Assembly (NCBI GenBank): GCA_016186115.1
Contig: JACPMK010000002.1
Location: forward strand, 200,983-264,982
Length of the DNA stretch: 64,000 nt
Direction of reading: 5' to 3'
Origin: Candidatus Wildermuthbacteria bacterium
GTDB taxonomy: Bacteria; Patescibacteriota; Minisyncoccia; Minisyncoccales; UBA10102
Part shown: positions 1 to 11,621 of the stretch, piece by piece
Numbering within the stretch: the first letter of the stretch is position 1
Layout: the number at the start of each line of letters is the position of its first letter
Notes under the pieces: generated by a model
Told to the model about the DNA's origin: nothing
Seen by the model: only the letters and a program-made list of their open reading frames with translations
The model's database searches: none
Program-made: the position numbers and the translations under genes

Positions 1-815
1 TTTTTCATTGCAATCATTCGCGCGGAATGTTCCGAAGCGTTGCTTTCAAAAATAAGATGCACAATTTCGACTTTCACCAGATCTCGTACTAAATTTTCAA
101 CAATTTCCTTGGCGGATGGCTCTAAAATATAAGGAATCTCGTTTCGATTATTTTTTTCCCCTCTGCGCAGTTCAGAATATTTTCCGGTTTTGGGCACAAT
201 ATTTTCAACGGTCCGGATCAGCTCTTCTCTGTCGAGCGGCAACACTTGGCGAATCTCTGCTTTCTGATTTAATGCTGAAATAAACTGCGTAGAGCAGAAA
301 AGAATTTTATCGTATTCCTTTTTTTCATAGGCATTCAATATCCAATCAGCAAGCGGCGCAATATCAGACAAGGTTACAATATCCGAAAAGCGATAAAATT
401 CTGCTACTGGTTTTAAACCCCTCTTCAGAAAAAAATCTCTGCCTTTTTTTCCCACTGCGACAATCTCAACTTCGCTCCCCTTTTCCTGAAGTTCTCTGGA
501 CAAATTCCATGCTTTTCGCAAAACTGAGCTGTTGAATGCTCCCGACAATCCCCTGTCACTCGTGGCCACCACCAGCCCTATTTTTTTCCCATCGCGGCTC
601 TCCCACAACGGGCTTGAAATATTTTCTAATTCTTTACTATATCGCAAAATTCGCGACAGCAACGCAAGAGCGCTTTTTGCATAGGGCCGTGCGCGCAACG
701 CAACCTCCTGCGCTTTGCGCATTTTTGCCGCGGCCACCATCTGCATTGCCTTGGTGATCTGCTTGATATTCCGTACCGTATGTATTTTACTTTTGAGCTG
801 TCGTTTCGATCTCAT
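1..815 (-). CDS. atpG: ATP synthase F1 gamma subunit (partial, runs off window start)
   Basis: Read manually from ATG at 815: [36 protein letters not shown]; follows atpA. Confidence 0.92.
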   Translation of the reverse strand, partial: MRSKRQLKSKIHTVRNIKQITKAMQMVAAAKMRKAQEVALRARPYAKSALALLSRILRYSKELENISSPLWESRDGKKIGLVVATSDRGLSGAFNSSVLRKAWNLSRELQEKGSEVEIVAVGKKGRDFFLKRGLKPVAEFYRFSDIVTLSDIAPLADWILNAYEKKEYDKILFCSTQFISALNQKAEIRQVLPLDREELIRTVENIVPKTGKYSELRRGEKNNRNEIPYILEPSAKEIVENLVRDLVKVEIVHLIFESNASEHSARMIAMK

Positions 816-2355
816 GAGATTGTTTGAAATCTTCTGAAAATGCTTCGATGGCTTTTTGAAGCTCGCCCCGCGTTTCTTCGGAAAGATCCCGGCTCTCGTG
901 AATATTCTTGAGGATTTCGGGATGCTGATTCTTCAATTGCTCCAGCAATTTCGCTTCGAATTCTTTCACGCGCTCTAAAGGAATCTGATCGAGATACCCT
1001 CCTGTGCCGGCAAATAGTATTGCCACTTGTTCTTCAAAGGGCAGCACTTTGAATTGGGGCTGCTTGAGCAATTCCATCAAACGGGATCCTCGTGTAATCC
1101 TTTTTCTGGTTGCCTCGTCAAGGTCTTGCGCGAACTGCACGAACGCAGCCAATTCCTGATACTGGGCAAGTTCCAATTTCAATGGCCCTGCAACTTTTTT
1201 CATCGCTTTGGTCTGCGCCGCAGATCCCACACGCGATACCGAGATACCAATGTTTACTGCCGGCCTCTGGCCTTTCGCGAACAAATCAGCTTCCAAATAA
1301 ATTTGGCCATCAGTGATAGAAATCACATTCGTGGGAATATATGCCGAAACATCGCCTGCCTGCGTTTCCACAATTGGGAGTGCGGTCAAAGAACCTCCGC
1401 CATATTGAGAAGAAAATTTTGCTGCACGCTCCAAAAGCCGGGAATGAAGGTAGAAAATATCGCCAGGGTATGCCTCTCTGCCCGGAGGCCGTCGCAAGAG
1501 CAAAGAAATCTGACGCCACGCCCAGGCGTGCTTCGAAAGATCATCATAAATAACTAAAGCGTCTTTGCCTTTATCGCGGAAATACTCCCCAATCGTGCAG
1601 CCGGCATAAGGCGCGATATACCACAAGGGAGCCGGGTCAGATGCGCCCGCAGCAACCACAATAGTGTGCTCCATTGCTCCGCGCGATTTTAATTCTTGAA
1701 CCAGTTGGGCTACTTTGGAATATTTTTGCCCAACAGCAACATAGATACAAATAGGACGTTTTGCTTCTGGCTCATTGAGCTGATTAATAATCGTATCCAA
1801 AACGAGCGCTGTTTTTCCAGTTTGACGATCGCCAATAATAAGTTCGCGCTGGCCACGACCAATAGGGATCAAAGCATCAATAATTTTAAATCCCGTTGCC
1901 AGCGAAGCATGTACTGATTCTCGCTGAATAACCGGAGGAGCAGGTCTCTCAATGGGAAGCGTCTGCAAATTGCCGGCTGCCAAATGGCCGCGGCCATCCA
2001 ATGGCTGACCCAAAGGATTTACAACTCTTCCCAGCAGTTGCTCGCCTACAGGCACCGACAAAACTTTTCCCGTTCTTTTAACAATATCGCCCTCATGAAT
2101 TGCCGCGTCGCTGCCAAGAACAACCGCACCCACGGTGTACTCCTCAAGGTTTAATACCATTGCATAGGAAGGTTCAGTAGATACGGCTTGATTTTTCTCG
2201 ATGCGCACCATTTCAGAGAACATCACATTGGGCAAACCCTCAATCTGCACTACCCCGTCTCCCACGCTCGTGACCCTTCCCATTTCCTCCCCGTGAATGG
2301 GGGCCTCTGCGTGCTCTAATTGTTTTTTAAGAAGTTCGATAAACCCTTTGTCCAT
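787..2355 (-). CDS. atpA: ATP synthase F1 alpha subunit
   Basis: [17 protein letters not shown]alker [23 protein letters not shown]. Confidence 0.98.
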   Translation of the reverse strand: MDKGFIELLKKQLEHAEAPIHGEEMGRVTSVGDGVVQIEGLPNVMFSEMVRIEKNQAVSTEPSYAMVLNLEEYTVGAVVLGSDAAIHEGDIVKRTGKVLSVPVGEQLLGRVVNPLGQPLDGRGHLAAGNLQTLPIERPAPPVIQRESVHASLATGFKIIDALIPIGRGQRELIIGDRQTGKTALVLDTIINQLNEPEAKRPICIYVAVGQKYSKVAQLVQELKSRGAMEHTIVVAAGASDPAPLWYIAPYAGCTIGEYFRDKGKDALVIYDDLSKHAWAWRQISLLLRRPPGREAYPGDIFYLHSRLLERAAKFSSQYGGGSLTALPIVETQAGDVSAYIPTNVISITDGQIYLEADLFAKGQRPAVNIGISVSRVGSAAQTKAMKKVAGPLKLELAQYQELAAFVQFAQDLDEATRKRITRGSRLMELLKQPQFKVLPFEEQVAILFAGTGGYLDQIPLERVKEFEAKLLEQLKNQHPEILKNIHESRDLSEETRGELQKAIEAFSEDFKQSHEIETTAQK

Positions 2356-2362
2356 AAAAAAT

Positions 2363-2743
2363 TCAACGTAATTGTTGCCATATACTGCGCAATTTTCCTT
2401 TCACAGTTCCATCAATGACATATTCATTGCCCACAAAAATCGACATTCCCGCTCCTCTTCCCTTTTCTATTTTTTCTTCGATGGTTCCTTTCCCAACCAC
2501 ATGACGTATATTCGATTTCATATTCTCTGAAATCGGCTCCGAACTCACAACGGTAATTTTCTTTCCCTCCTCTTGCTCCTCCAATCGCTCGAATTCCTTG
2601 AGAATTTTCTCAAACATTCTTGTATCCCCATTCTTGCGCAAAACCATAACAAAATGCTTGAGCTGTTCTTTCTCGTTTTCCTTTGAAGCGGTGTGAGCAA
2701 TCTTTCTCAACACTTGGGCATATGCCTTAGCTTTGTTTTGCAT
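2363..2743 (-). CDS. atpH: ATP synthase F1 delta subunit (short, divergent)
   Basis: Lies between atpF and atpA; AKAYA N-terminus and [11 protein letters not shown]-terminus. Confidence 0.8.
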   Translation of the reverse strand: MQNKAKAYAQVLRKIAHTASKENEKEQLKHFVMVLRKNGDTRMFEKILKEFERLEEQEEGKKITVVSSEPISENMKSNIRHVVGKGTIEEKIEKGRGAGMSIFVGNEYVIDGTVKGKLRSIWQQLR

Positions 2744-3245
2744 AGGTTTGCTTCAAAGAATCCACCACCTCCTTCATAAGACGTTGCCGATCGCTTTCGG
2801 CGATGGTTCTCTCCAATACTTTTTCTGCCGCCAAAAGCGCAAGATTCAAAATTGCTTCTTTTGCTTCCTGAATCGCACTCTCCTTTTCTCTCCCGATGTC
2901 CTCTTTTGCTCTTTGCAAAATTTTTTCTGCCTCTGCTTTTGCCAGTTGCACAATTTCTTGCTCTCTTTCTTGCGCCGATGCCTTTGCTTTGACAAACAAT
3001 TCCTCTGCTTCTTGTTTTGCCTGCGATAATGCACGCTTTCTTGCTTCTTTCACTCGCGCGAGTTCTTTCTCGGCATCTTCCCGCAGTTTCAATCCTTCTT
3101 CGATCTTCCGCTGTCTTTGCTCCATAAACGAAATCAATTTGCGGAAAACGAACTTATACAGCACAAATACAATAATAAGAAAATTGACCGTCTGGGCAAG
3201 CAGAAGTTTCCAATCGATCCCTAGTTGTGAAAATAATTCAGACAT
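2727..3245 (-). CDS. atpF: ATP synthase F0 b subunit
   Basis: LGIDWKLLLAQTVNFLI TM segment followed by a charged coiled coil. Confidence 0.95.
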   Translation of the reverse strand: MSELFSQLGIDWKLLLAQTVNFLIIVFVLYKFVFRKLISFMEQRQRKIEEGLKLREDAEKELARVKEARKRALSQAKQEAEELFVKAKASAQEREQEIVQLAKAEAEKILQRAKEDIGREKESAIQEAKEAILNLALLAAEKVLERTIAESDRQRLMKEVVDSLKQTYAKQS

Positions 3246-3260
3246 TTGACCCTGCTCCTT

Positions 3261-4249
<989 letters not shown>

Positions 4250-4304
4250 ACAATAACCTATCCTATTATAGAGAGAAAAATCAAATATGTAAATACCTTC
4301 GATT

Positions 4305-5060
4305 TTACCCCTTGCCCATCCCTCCCTTCCGCCATTTTGTGGCAGTAAGAACAGGAGCAAAAATATCGTCTTCTAAAGAGATATGAAGATCTCGGAGTTC
4401 TTTTGCGCTTGGATCGCGTTTTTGAAATTTTACAAAAGGGACATCTTCTACAATAGCAATTGGAGTTTGCTCTGACCCTTCGCCCATTGCCAACACAGCA
4501 GAAACCGCGAGCTCGTCGGCAATATTGCCAACCTGCATCTCAAATTTTCTTCCAAAAATATCCTTTTCTCCGATGTAATAATGAAGAGCCGCAAATCCGC
4601 TATACCCTATGCTTACTCCTATGGTACCCCTGCGCAAAGGAGCCAATCTGCTGTCGGTAATCACCACCCCAACATTTTTGAGTTGAAAACGTTTGAGCAG
4701 ATATTTCCGAATATTATTCGCGGTCTGTTGAGGATATTTTGGCCAAAGAATCAAATACCCATTTGCATTCGACTCATCAATTCCGGAGGAAGCAATAATC
4801 GTATTATTCTTGATCGTGAGGAGAACATTATATCTGTTGCTCGACCGCGGAAGGTAATACTCTGCTTCCTTCATAATAAGCTGATCCTTGTCGTGTTCTT
4901 TTGGATTTGCAATACGGCCTTCGCAAATTGCCACAATTTTTGAGGTTATAACCACAACAGACCGTTCTTTGATCGGCGGCAAATACTCATCCAAAATAAG
5001 GAACAAATTCCTATCCTTCCCCGGCAATATTTTTCTGGTCTTAATAGACGTAACAATCAT
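4305..5060 (-). CDS. CofE-family (F420-0:gamma-glutamyl ligase-like) protein
   Basis: VITSKIVAICEG, SGIDESNA, GVVITDS..PLRRG, MGEGSEQTP motifs. Confidence 0.85.
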   Translation of the reverse strand: MIVTSIKTRKILPGKDRNLFLILDEYLPPIKERSVVVITSKIVAICEGRIANPKEHDKDQLIMKEAEYYLPRSSNRYNVLLTIKNNTIIASSGIDESNANGYLILWPKYPQQTANNIRKYLLKRFQLKNVGVVITDSRLAPLRRGTIGVSIGYSGFAALHYYIGEKDIFGRKFEMQVGNIADELAVSAVLAMGEGSEQTPIAIVEDVPFVKFQKRDPSAKELRDLHISLEDDIFAPVLTATKWRKGGMGKG

Positions 5061-5517
5061 ATTATAAAGCTAAAAGCGTACTTACTCGAGCTTATTATAT
5101 TATACCAAATTTCTCAATAACGGAAGAGCTGGATGATAAAAAAACAGGGGTTTGACCCCCTGCTTTTTTTTATCCTCTACGGGCAATGAGATAATAAAAG
5201 ACGGAGTCAATAATTGCAACGCATGCCTGCAATCATGCGGCTTAAAAACCATCAAGGCATACATAGGATGCTGCTGCATTAACTCCAATCCCAGAAGCCA
5301 ATGAAATTGCTGTCAAAGTGAACAATGTGAGCAGTAAAAAAATAAGGCGTCACTAAAGGGATTGTACCGCAATTAGCGACGCCCAGCGGAAGGAAAGGAT
5401 GGACAGAAAAATTCCATGGGAAGAAAACGTGGGGGTAGGTCACGTTCTCCTCCCAACCGATGGAATGAAATTCTAACTTCACTCTACAATTAATAGCGGG
5501 GGGTTGTCAAGAAAAGT

Positions 5518-6672
5518 TCAGATTTCACCTTTCTGAATTTGTATTCGCAATTTCTTGAAAATCTGCTCAAGGAAATACAGATTGTGATAGGTTGCAAGAT
5601 AGTAACCCAACAGTTCGCGTTCTTTGAAAAGATGATGCAAAAACGATAAGGAAAAGATTTCACAGGTATAACACTGGCAATCTTTCTGAATCGGATTTTT
5701 ATCTTTTAGATATTTCGCTTTCGTAAGATCGATTCTATAGAATTGCTTCCCTTTGTTTTGGAACACAACGCCGTTGCGGGCAAGCCGGGTTGGCTCGACA
5801 CAGTCGAAGGTATCAATACCCAAGGGAACAAAATCCAGAATATCTTCTATTCTCCCAATTCCTAAAAGATGCTTTGGTTTTTCTTCGGGCAAAAATGGCG
5901 TAACCCACTTTACCTGTTCTCGCATTTCTTTTTTCGTCTCCCCCACCGAAACACCGCCAATCGCAATGCCGGGAGTATTTTGCTGCGCAACAAACTTCGC
6001 CGATGCAATTCGCAAATCCTTAAATACGCCTCCTTGCACAATTCCGTACAGGAATTGCTGCAATCCTGAGCGATCCCGAGCTTGTGGGGGGAGAGTCGAA
6101 GAGCTTCCTTTTGTTTGGATGCATCTCAAAAGCCAACGATGAGTCCGTTCGGTTGCTTCTGTTGTATATTGATGAGAAGCGCCGTAGTAAATGCACTCAT
6201 CAAAAGCCATGATAATATCTGCGCCGATTTTCTCTTGATAGCGAATGGACAGTTCCGGAGAAAATAAAAGTTCTCTGCCCGTACGCGGAGAACGAAAACG
6301 CACACCTTTTTCGGTAACTTTTACCAAAGGAATTCCTTCGCCTTCTCTTGTGCTTGCACGTTTCTCGGCCAATGAGAACACCTGAAACCCTCCGGAATCG
6401 CTCATCAAAGGAATAGAAAGGTTGGCATACGTATGAATTCCGCCGAATTTCTCAATTACATCAATTCCTGGATGATCCACTAAGTGAAAAATGTTCACAA
6501 ACGCAACTTGGATGCCGATTTCCCTAATATCTTTTGGCGGAATTGCTTTTAACGTTCCTTTCGTTGCCACGGGCACAAACGCCGGGGTCAAAATTTCCCC
6601 GTGCGAAGTCGTAATCTTTCCTAAGCGCGCCTGTGATCTCCTGCTTTTGTGCGTAATACAAAAAAATCGCAT
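5518..6672 (-). CDS. tgt: tRNA-guanine transglycosylase
   Basis: DSGGFQVFSL, GIVQGG, DTFDCVEPTRLARNG, CxCxxC zinc site. Confidence 0.96.
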   Translation of the reverse strand: MRFFCITHKSRRSQARLGKITTSHGEILTPAFVPVATKGTLKAIPPKDIREIGIQVAFVNIFHLVDHPGIDVIEKFGGIHTYANLSIPLMSDSGGFQVFSLAEKRASTREGEGIPLVKVTEKGVRFRSPRTGRELLFSPELSIRYQEKIGADIIMAFDECIYYGASHQYTTEATERTHRWLLRCIQTKGSSSTLPPQARDRSGLQQFLYGIVQGGVFKDLRIASAKFVAQQNTPGIAIGGVSVGETKKEMREQVKWVTPFLPEEKPKHLLGIGRIEDILDFVPLGIDTFDCVEPTRLARNGVVFQNKGKQFYRIDLTKAKYLKDKNPIQKDCQCYTCEIFSLSFLHHLFKERELLGYYLATYHNLYFLEQIFKKLRIQIQKGEI

Positions 6673-6746
6673 GCTATTCTTTACTCCGCAGATGATGCTT
6701 TAGCTCCCTACACAAGAATTATCTGATCGTCGCCAAGAACATATCT

Positions 6747-7730
6747 TCATGTCCGTATCTCTTTTTCTAACCAAGGGATCTTCTCCCCTTTCTTTCTTCT
6801 CCACCATAGATCTTCCCAGATGTAGTGAACGGCAAGCTGCTTGTATTCTCCGTATCGCTCAAAGTATTTCAACAGCCGCTTTACAGAAACAGGATTTTCC
6901 GGACTTTGGTTAAAGAATAGCTTTGAGTATATTTTCTGTTCCCATGGGGAAACGTGGTTGAAGAAGTCCCAGTGATGAAAAACATCAAACAAGAGGTACC
7001 ACACGGTGGCTGGTCCTACACCATAGAGTTTGAGGAGTTCTTGCATTTGCGTTTCTCTGTCTTGCTCACGGAGTTTTTCTTCATCAAGACCATTGATAAA
7101 CTGCTCATCTATCTTCTTTATGGATTTTGCTCGGTATCCTACCTTCAAAGCTCGCAGTTCTTGCTCATTTACATTCTTTAATCTTCCGGGCTCCCAGAAA
7201 CACCAAAGCTTCTTATCATCAAACTCAACTAAGGTGCCGTAGCACTCCAATAGGTTTTGGAACATTTGAATAGATCTTCTCACAGAAGCATTCTGCAAAA
7301 CAATGCCGATAATGAGGTACTCGTAGAGAGAGCTTGGATGGCCTGGGCGCATGCCTCTCAGTTTCTTGATGGCAGGCCCTACTAACCTGTCTTTGCTGAA
7401 TCTTCTGTAAAACTCTTTCAAATCAAGGTTTAAGTTGTAGCGGTACTCTACTTCTTTTTTCAACGAATCAATGAAACTTCTGCTTAACTTTTTTCCTGCA
7501 AAGATGGACAGGGCAATCAGGGGTTTGGCGACTGTGCCTTTATTCTCAAACTTTAACCCCAAACACTTTCCTTTCCACGCCCATGTCTGCCATCTTGTGC
7601 CCGGCTGCCAAAGATTATCTCCCGACGTGAAGTGGCCTGGTTTGTGAAAAGTAGGGTCAAAAGCAAAAGGAACTGTGGGCTTTATGCGAACAGTGGTTTT
7701 GTGAGTAAGTTTCTTTACCCTTTTGGCCAT
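6747..7730 (-). CDS. HhH-GPD DNA glycosylase (AlkA/Ogg-like)
   Basis: LRALKVGYRAK and LLKLYGVGPATV helix-hairpin-helix. Confidence 0.8.
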   Translation of the reverse strand: MAKRVKKLTHKTTVRIKPTVPFAFDPTFHKPGHFTSGDNLWQPGTRWQTWAWKGKCLGLKFENKGTVAKPLIALSIFAGKKLSRSFIDSLKKEVEYRYNLNLDLKEFYRRFSKDRLVGPAIKKLRGMRPGHPSSLYEYLIIGIVLQNASVRRSIQMFQNLLECYGTLVEFDDKKLWCFWEPGRLKNVNEQELRALKVGYRAKSIKKIDEQFINGLDEEKLREQDRETQMQELLKLYGVGPATVWYLLFDVFHHWDFFNHVSPWEQKIYSKLFFNQSPENPVSVKRLLKYFERYGEYKQLAVHYIWEDLWWRRKKGEKIPWLEKEIRT

Positions 7731-8143
7731 GGGTAGTTGATAATCTCACGAAGCTTCAATCGCTCCAGTACTTTTCCATGCTCGTCTAGGAGAATAATCT
7801 CTGTATTGTGCCTTGAGCGCAAAGAACTTTCCCATAAAAGTTGCTTGCACATATGGCAGGGATAGATTGAGTCGTCTCCACCTGCGGGAGTATTCCCCAC
7901 AACGGCAATCGCCGCAATTTCATACTCTCCGTGGGCTGCCGCATGGGCGAGAACCGCCTGTTCTGCGTGAAGCGTCAGGGAGTAGGTATCTGAAAAGTAC
8001 TGGCCCGAGGAGTAAATACTGCCCTTCCCGGTTAACACCGCTGCGCCAATTCTAAAATCGCCTGGCTGATTGGTGCCGGTAAAAGCATTCCTCATTCCCT
8101 CTATCGCAGCTTGTATGAGTTTCTGTTCGATTGTTTGATCCAT
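7715..8143 (-). CDS. cytidine deaminase family protein
   Basis: HAE and PCxxC zinc motifs; FRIGAAVL. Confidence 0.85.
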   Translation of the reverse strand: MDQTIEQKLIQAAIEGMRNAFTGTNQPGDFRIGAAVLTGKGSIYSSGQYFSDTYSLTLHAEQAVLAHAAAHGEYEIAAIAVVGNTPAGGDDSIYPCHMCKQLLWESSLRSRHNTEIILLDEHGKVLERLKLREIINYPWPKG

Positions 8144-8259
8144 AACTCAACTCTATCAAAAAATTTACCCCCACACCGTATTTTGGTTGTGGGGCCCGCC
8201 CCGAGATAAACTCGGGGTAAATCTCCTTGATGATTCTTTGAAATTCAACAAAGACAAAG

Positions 8260-8511
8260 TTAGTACTCTAGTTTAATGCCCAGCTTCTCTGCGAGTTGCT
8301 GAATCCACTTTTCATGACGGTCAACCTTATGGCTCAGCATAACCATCTCTTGAAAGTAGGTATCGGCCTGCTTTGCATAGGCGTCAACAGAAGTAAGCAC
8401 ATCGGAAAACCCTTTCCTCATTTCGTCTCGAAAGGCCGCGAACTCTTCTTTTGTGGCAAAAACCGTTTGGTTTGCCTCAATGATTTGCTGGATATCCTCT
8501 TTCTCAAGCAT
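8260..8511 (-). CDS. small coiled-coil hypothetical protein
   Basis: 83-aa ORF with FATKEE and KVDRHEKWIQQLAEKLGIKL; upstream TTGACA -35. Confidence 0.7.
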   Translation of the reverse strand: MLEKEDIQQIIEANQTVFATKEEFAAFRDEMRKGFSDVLTSVDAYAKQADTYFQEMVMLSHKVDRHEKWIQQLAEKLGIKLEY

Positions 8512-8589
8512 ACATTTATTGTAGAACTTCTAACTGGGGTGTCAAACAACTTCGCTTACCATCCGTCAAGTTTATGAACCCGAACAGCT

Positions 8590-8718
8590 CTAGAATAGTT
8601 TTCCTCCGAGTTTTGGATTTTTTGCGTCTGGAGTAATAAGAATCGCTCTCCCCTTTTCATCTTCAATGATTTTGCCTACGCGAATATCCAATTTTTCAAA
8701 ACCTTCAATGGTTGCCAT
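8590..8718 (-). pseudogene. csaA: CsaA/Trbp111 tRNA-binding protein remnant with internal deletion and frameshift
   Basis: N-terminus MATIEGFEKLDIRVGKIIE joined directly to DEKGE and, in a shifted frame, AILITPDAKNPKLGGKLF*; the middle of the OB fold is missing. Confidence 0.75.
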
Positions 8719-8743
8719 AAGCATAGAAATCAAAAAACTTTGA

Positions 8744-9805
8744 TCAGCCGTGTTTTATTTCAATAACATCCCCGTCTCTAACAACGTATTCTTTCCCTTC
8801 GGTTCGAATCAATCCCTCTGCCATGGCTTCCGCAAGGCCGCCGGCTTCCAGCAATGCATCCCATTGAATTACCGCGGCCCGAATAAAATTTTTCTCAAAA
8901 TCGCTATGAATCACCCCTCCGGCTTGCGGCGCTTTTGCTCCCCGCACAATAGTCCATGCGCGTGTTTCATCGGGGCCGGTGGTAAAAAAAGTAATGAGAT
9001 TTAATATTTCGTACGCCCGTTGAATCAGTTCTGACAAATTCGATTGCATTCCAAGTTCTTGGCGTTCGTTGTCTGAAAGTCCGGCAATTTCTAATTCCTC
9101 TTGGAGATTTACCGCAACAAAAGAGCCGTGCGCCTTTTCTATGTTTTGTTTCAGTTCCAAAGGAATATCTTGGTTTTTTGAATTCAAAAGAAAAATAATT
9201 GGTTTGGCAGTAAGAAGCTGCAGTTCATGGAACACCGGCTCGCTTTCGGGATGCGATCTTTGATATTCCGTAGCTCGTACGCCCTGTTCAAAGAATTTTT
9301 TTGCATCCTGGAGAATTTGATTCTGCGCAATAGCTTCTTTTTTTCCCCCTCGCGCCTCCTTTTCCAAAGATAGAAGTCGTTTTTCTACTGTTTCCAAATC
9401 CTTCAGAAGCAACTCGGTGTGAATGGTATCAATATCGCGCAAAGGGTCAACGCTTTCCTCCACATGAATAATATCGGGATTCTCAAAACAGCGCACAACT
9501 TCTACAATTGCTGACACTTCTCGAATATGTGTCAAAAATTGATTGCCCAACCCTTCGCCCTTATTTGCGCCGCGCACTAACCCCGCAATATCAACAAATT
9601 CGATAACCGTAGGAATGATTTTTTGTGAATGAAAAAGCGCTGCGAGCTTTTGGAGCCGCTCATCGGGAACCTCCACTACCCCGACATTGGGATCAATCGT
9701 CGCGAACGGATAGTTGGCAATATTAACTTCTTTTTTTGTCAGCGCCTGAAATAATGTGGATTTCCCCACATTCGGCAGCCCCACAATTCCGACGGATAAG
9801 CTCAT
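8744..9805 (-). CDS. ychF: redox-regulated ATPase YchF
   Basis: [29 protein letters not shown]-terminal TGS domain (GKEYVVRDGD). Confidence 0.98.
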   Translation of the reverse strand: MSLSVGIVGLPNVGKSTLFQALTKKEVNIANYPFATIDPNVGVVEVPDERLQKLAALFHSQKIIPTVIEFVDIAGLVRGANKGEGLGNQFLTHIREVSAIVEVVRCFENPDIIHVEESVDPLRDIDTIHTELLLKDLETVEKRLLSLEKEARGGKKEAIAQNQILQDAKKFFEQGVRATEYQRSHPESEPVFHELQLLTAKPIIFLLNSKNQDIPLELKQNIEKAHGSFVAVNLQEELEIAGLSDNERQELGMQSNLSELIQRAYEILNLITFFTTGPDETRAWTIVRGAKAPQAGGVIHSDFEKNFIRAAVIQWDALLEAGGLAEAMAEGLIRTEGKEYVVRDGDVIEIKHG

Positions 9806-9842
9806 AATTTTTACGCTATAAGGAGAAAATGTTATTGTCTAT

Positions 9843-10850
9843 TTAGTATACAGGTTTTTCTCCCAGCATCCAGTCAATCTCTTGTCGTAGTTTCTTCGTA
9901 TTACCATGGGTAATCATGCCAAGATACGATTGAACCGTTGCCATGTTCCTTCGTTTACGTTCTATGCCACGGAACATCCTTCGCTTCGTCACGGTTCGCA
10001 GTACCCGATGATCTGGGAAATGTACCCACCCGAGAAAATCTACTCCAGAAGCAACGGTTTGTATAAATGTTTTGTCGGGATGCAATTGAAGCCGCAAGTT
10101 GCTCCATAGAAAATCGCTGATTTTCGAGAGTATGTTTTCAAGCAATGTTCTATCTTTTGACAGAATAATAAAATCGTCAGCATAACGAATATAATATCTT
10201 ACCTTCAGTTTGTGCTTCAGAAACTGGTCAAACCTATTCATATATACATTCACCAAGAGCTGGGATGTAAGGTTGCCAAGCGGCAATCCAATTCCATTTC
10301 TGGTTGAATAAAAACTCCGAACGATTTGAGAAATAAGCCATACGGTATCTTCGTCTGGTATAAAACCTTTAATGATTCCCAAGAGTTTGCCTTGGTCTAT
10401 TGAGGCAAAGAACTTTTTTATATCAGATTTTAAGACCCACGCTGTTTTTGTATTATTTTTAGAAGCCCTATATGCAAAAACGCGAAACCTGTTGATTGCC
10501 CTATGTGTTCCTTTCCCAAGTCTGCAGGAATGAGAATCGGCTATAAAAGTTCTATCAAAGAACGGATATAATCTTCTGTAGAGAGCGTGGTGCAGCAATC
10601 TGTCTCTGACACTTGCCTTGTGAATGCTTCTTGGCTTCGGATCAGATATATTAAAGGCGTGATAAGGTGAATGTTTATACGTTTTGGCCACAAGGTCATC
10701 GTGGATAGAAATGATATTGCTCATCAAATTGTGTTCAAACTCTTGTACATCTTGGCGAGACCGTTTGCCAGTTACAAACTCTTTCCAAGCTTCAAGCAGA
10801 TTTTCAAGAGAAATGATATAATTATAGTTATGAGTGAATTGAACGTTCAT
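9843..10850 (-). CDS. DGR reverse transcriptase
   Basis: RYADDF catalytic motif, GLPLGNLTSQ DGR-type motif, no maturase or endonuclease domain; adjacent to TR and avd. Confidence 0.95.
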   Translation of the reverse strand: MNVQFTHNYNYIISLENLLEAWKEFVTGKRSRQDVQEFEHNLMSNIISIHDDLVAKTYKHSPYHAFNISDPKPRSIHKASVRDRLLHHALYRRLYPFFDRTFIADSHSCRLGKGTHRAINRFRVFAYRASKNNTKTAWVLKSDIKKFFASIDQGKLLGIIKGFIPDEDTVWLISQIVRSFYSTRNGIGLPLGNLTSQLLVNVYMNRFDQFLKHKLKVRYYIRYADDFIILSKDRTLLENILSKISDFLWSNLRLQLHPDKTFIQTVASGVDFLGWVHFPDHRVLRTVTKRRMFRGIERKRRNMATVQSYLGMITHGNTKKLRQEIDWMLGEKPVY

Positions 10851-11246
10851 AAAAAATCTTTTCAGGTAAGCCCCCCCCCACGCCTTTTACCGCTTCTTCA
10901 GAAATTGAAAGAGGCATATCTTGCGTGGTACGGCTACTACCAAATCTTACCTAAACTCCATCGCCATTCTCTTGGGCAAAGGATTGATACTCTTTTTGTC
11001 GAAATCATTGAAGCTGTTGCAATGGCAAGTTTTCTTTCTCCTCAACAAAAACATCCTTACGTGCGCCTTTCCATAAGAAAGCTTGATACATTAAAAATAC
11101 TCTTGATGGTTCTTTGGGAGACAAAATCTGTTGATGATAAAAAGTACATTGCTGTCTCTATAAAAATAAACGAGATTGGCAGAATGCTTGGCGGATGGAA
11201 CGGCCAATTACAGAAACAAAACTCTCCCGATAAGAGAGAGAAATGA
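10830..11246 (+). CDS. avd: DGR accessory variability determinant (Avd-like four-helix bundle)
   Basis: LPKLHRHSLGQRID..EIGRMLGGW Avd-like signature; start taken at ATG 10830. Confidence 0.88.
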   Translation: MSELNVHKKSFQVSPPPRLLPLLQKLKEAYLAWYGYYQILPKLHRHSLGQRIDTLFVEIIEAVAMASFLSPQQKHPYVRLSIRKLDTLKILLMVLWETKSVDDKKYIAVSIKINEIGRMLGGWNGQLQKQNSPDKREK

Positions 11247-11252
11247 AGTAAG

Positions 11253-11389
11253 TTGCGGGGCAGGACGAAAGCCCACCGATTGTCAGGATTCCAGACATTG
11301 TCGGGATTGCCGTTGTTGCTGTTGAGCCATAGACCATTGTCATTGTGCTCGACATTGAACACGTTGAGGTTGCCGTCCGAGTCGGTTAT
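11253..11389 (-). repeat. DGR template repeat (TR)
   Basis: 137-bp near copy of 11739-11875, rich in AAC/AAT codons; 18 of 19 differences lie at TR adenines. Confidence 0.95.
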
Positions 11390-11621
11390 GCACAGAGTGT
11401 CATCTCTACCACTGCCCCTTGAATACTCTCGGGGCTGTATCGTATTCGGCATCTTTAATGCCCTAACACTCTATACCAAGTAGCTTCATTTTTTGAAGTT
11501 TCTGCGTACACCGCGCTATCTCAAACCGTAGTCGGAGATACTCTGGATGTATGGATACTGGGTTCGGCAGCAGAAAACCTTGATCTTCTGCGTATTCGCC
11601 TACTTCCATTTGTATTGTATC

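Noticed and set aside
8165..8221. GC-rich paired hairpins as an ncRNA
   Set aside because: Short REP- or terminator-like palindromes, similar to 45253-45292, with no further support.
9843..10850. RT as a group II intron, retron or CRISPR-associated RT
   Set aside because: No maturase domain, intron structure or cas genes; the TR/VR pair and avd identify a DGR.
11057..11452. 131-aa ORF resembling the DGR target C-terminus
   Set aside because: It is the translation of the TR running into avd antisense; TRs act as RNA.
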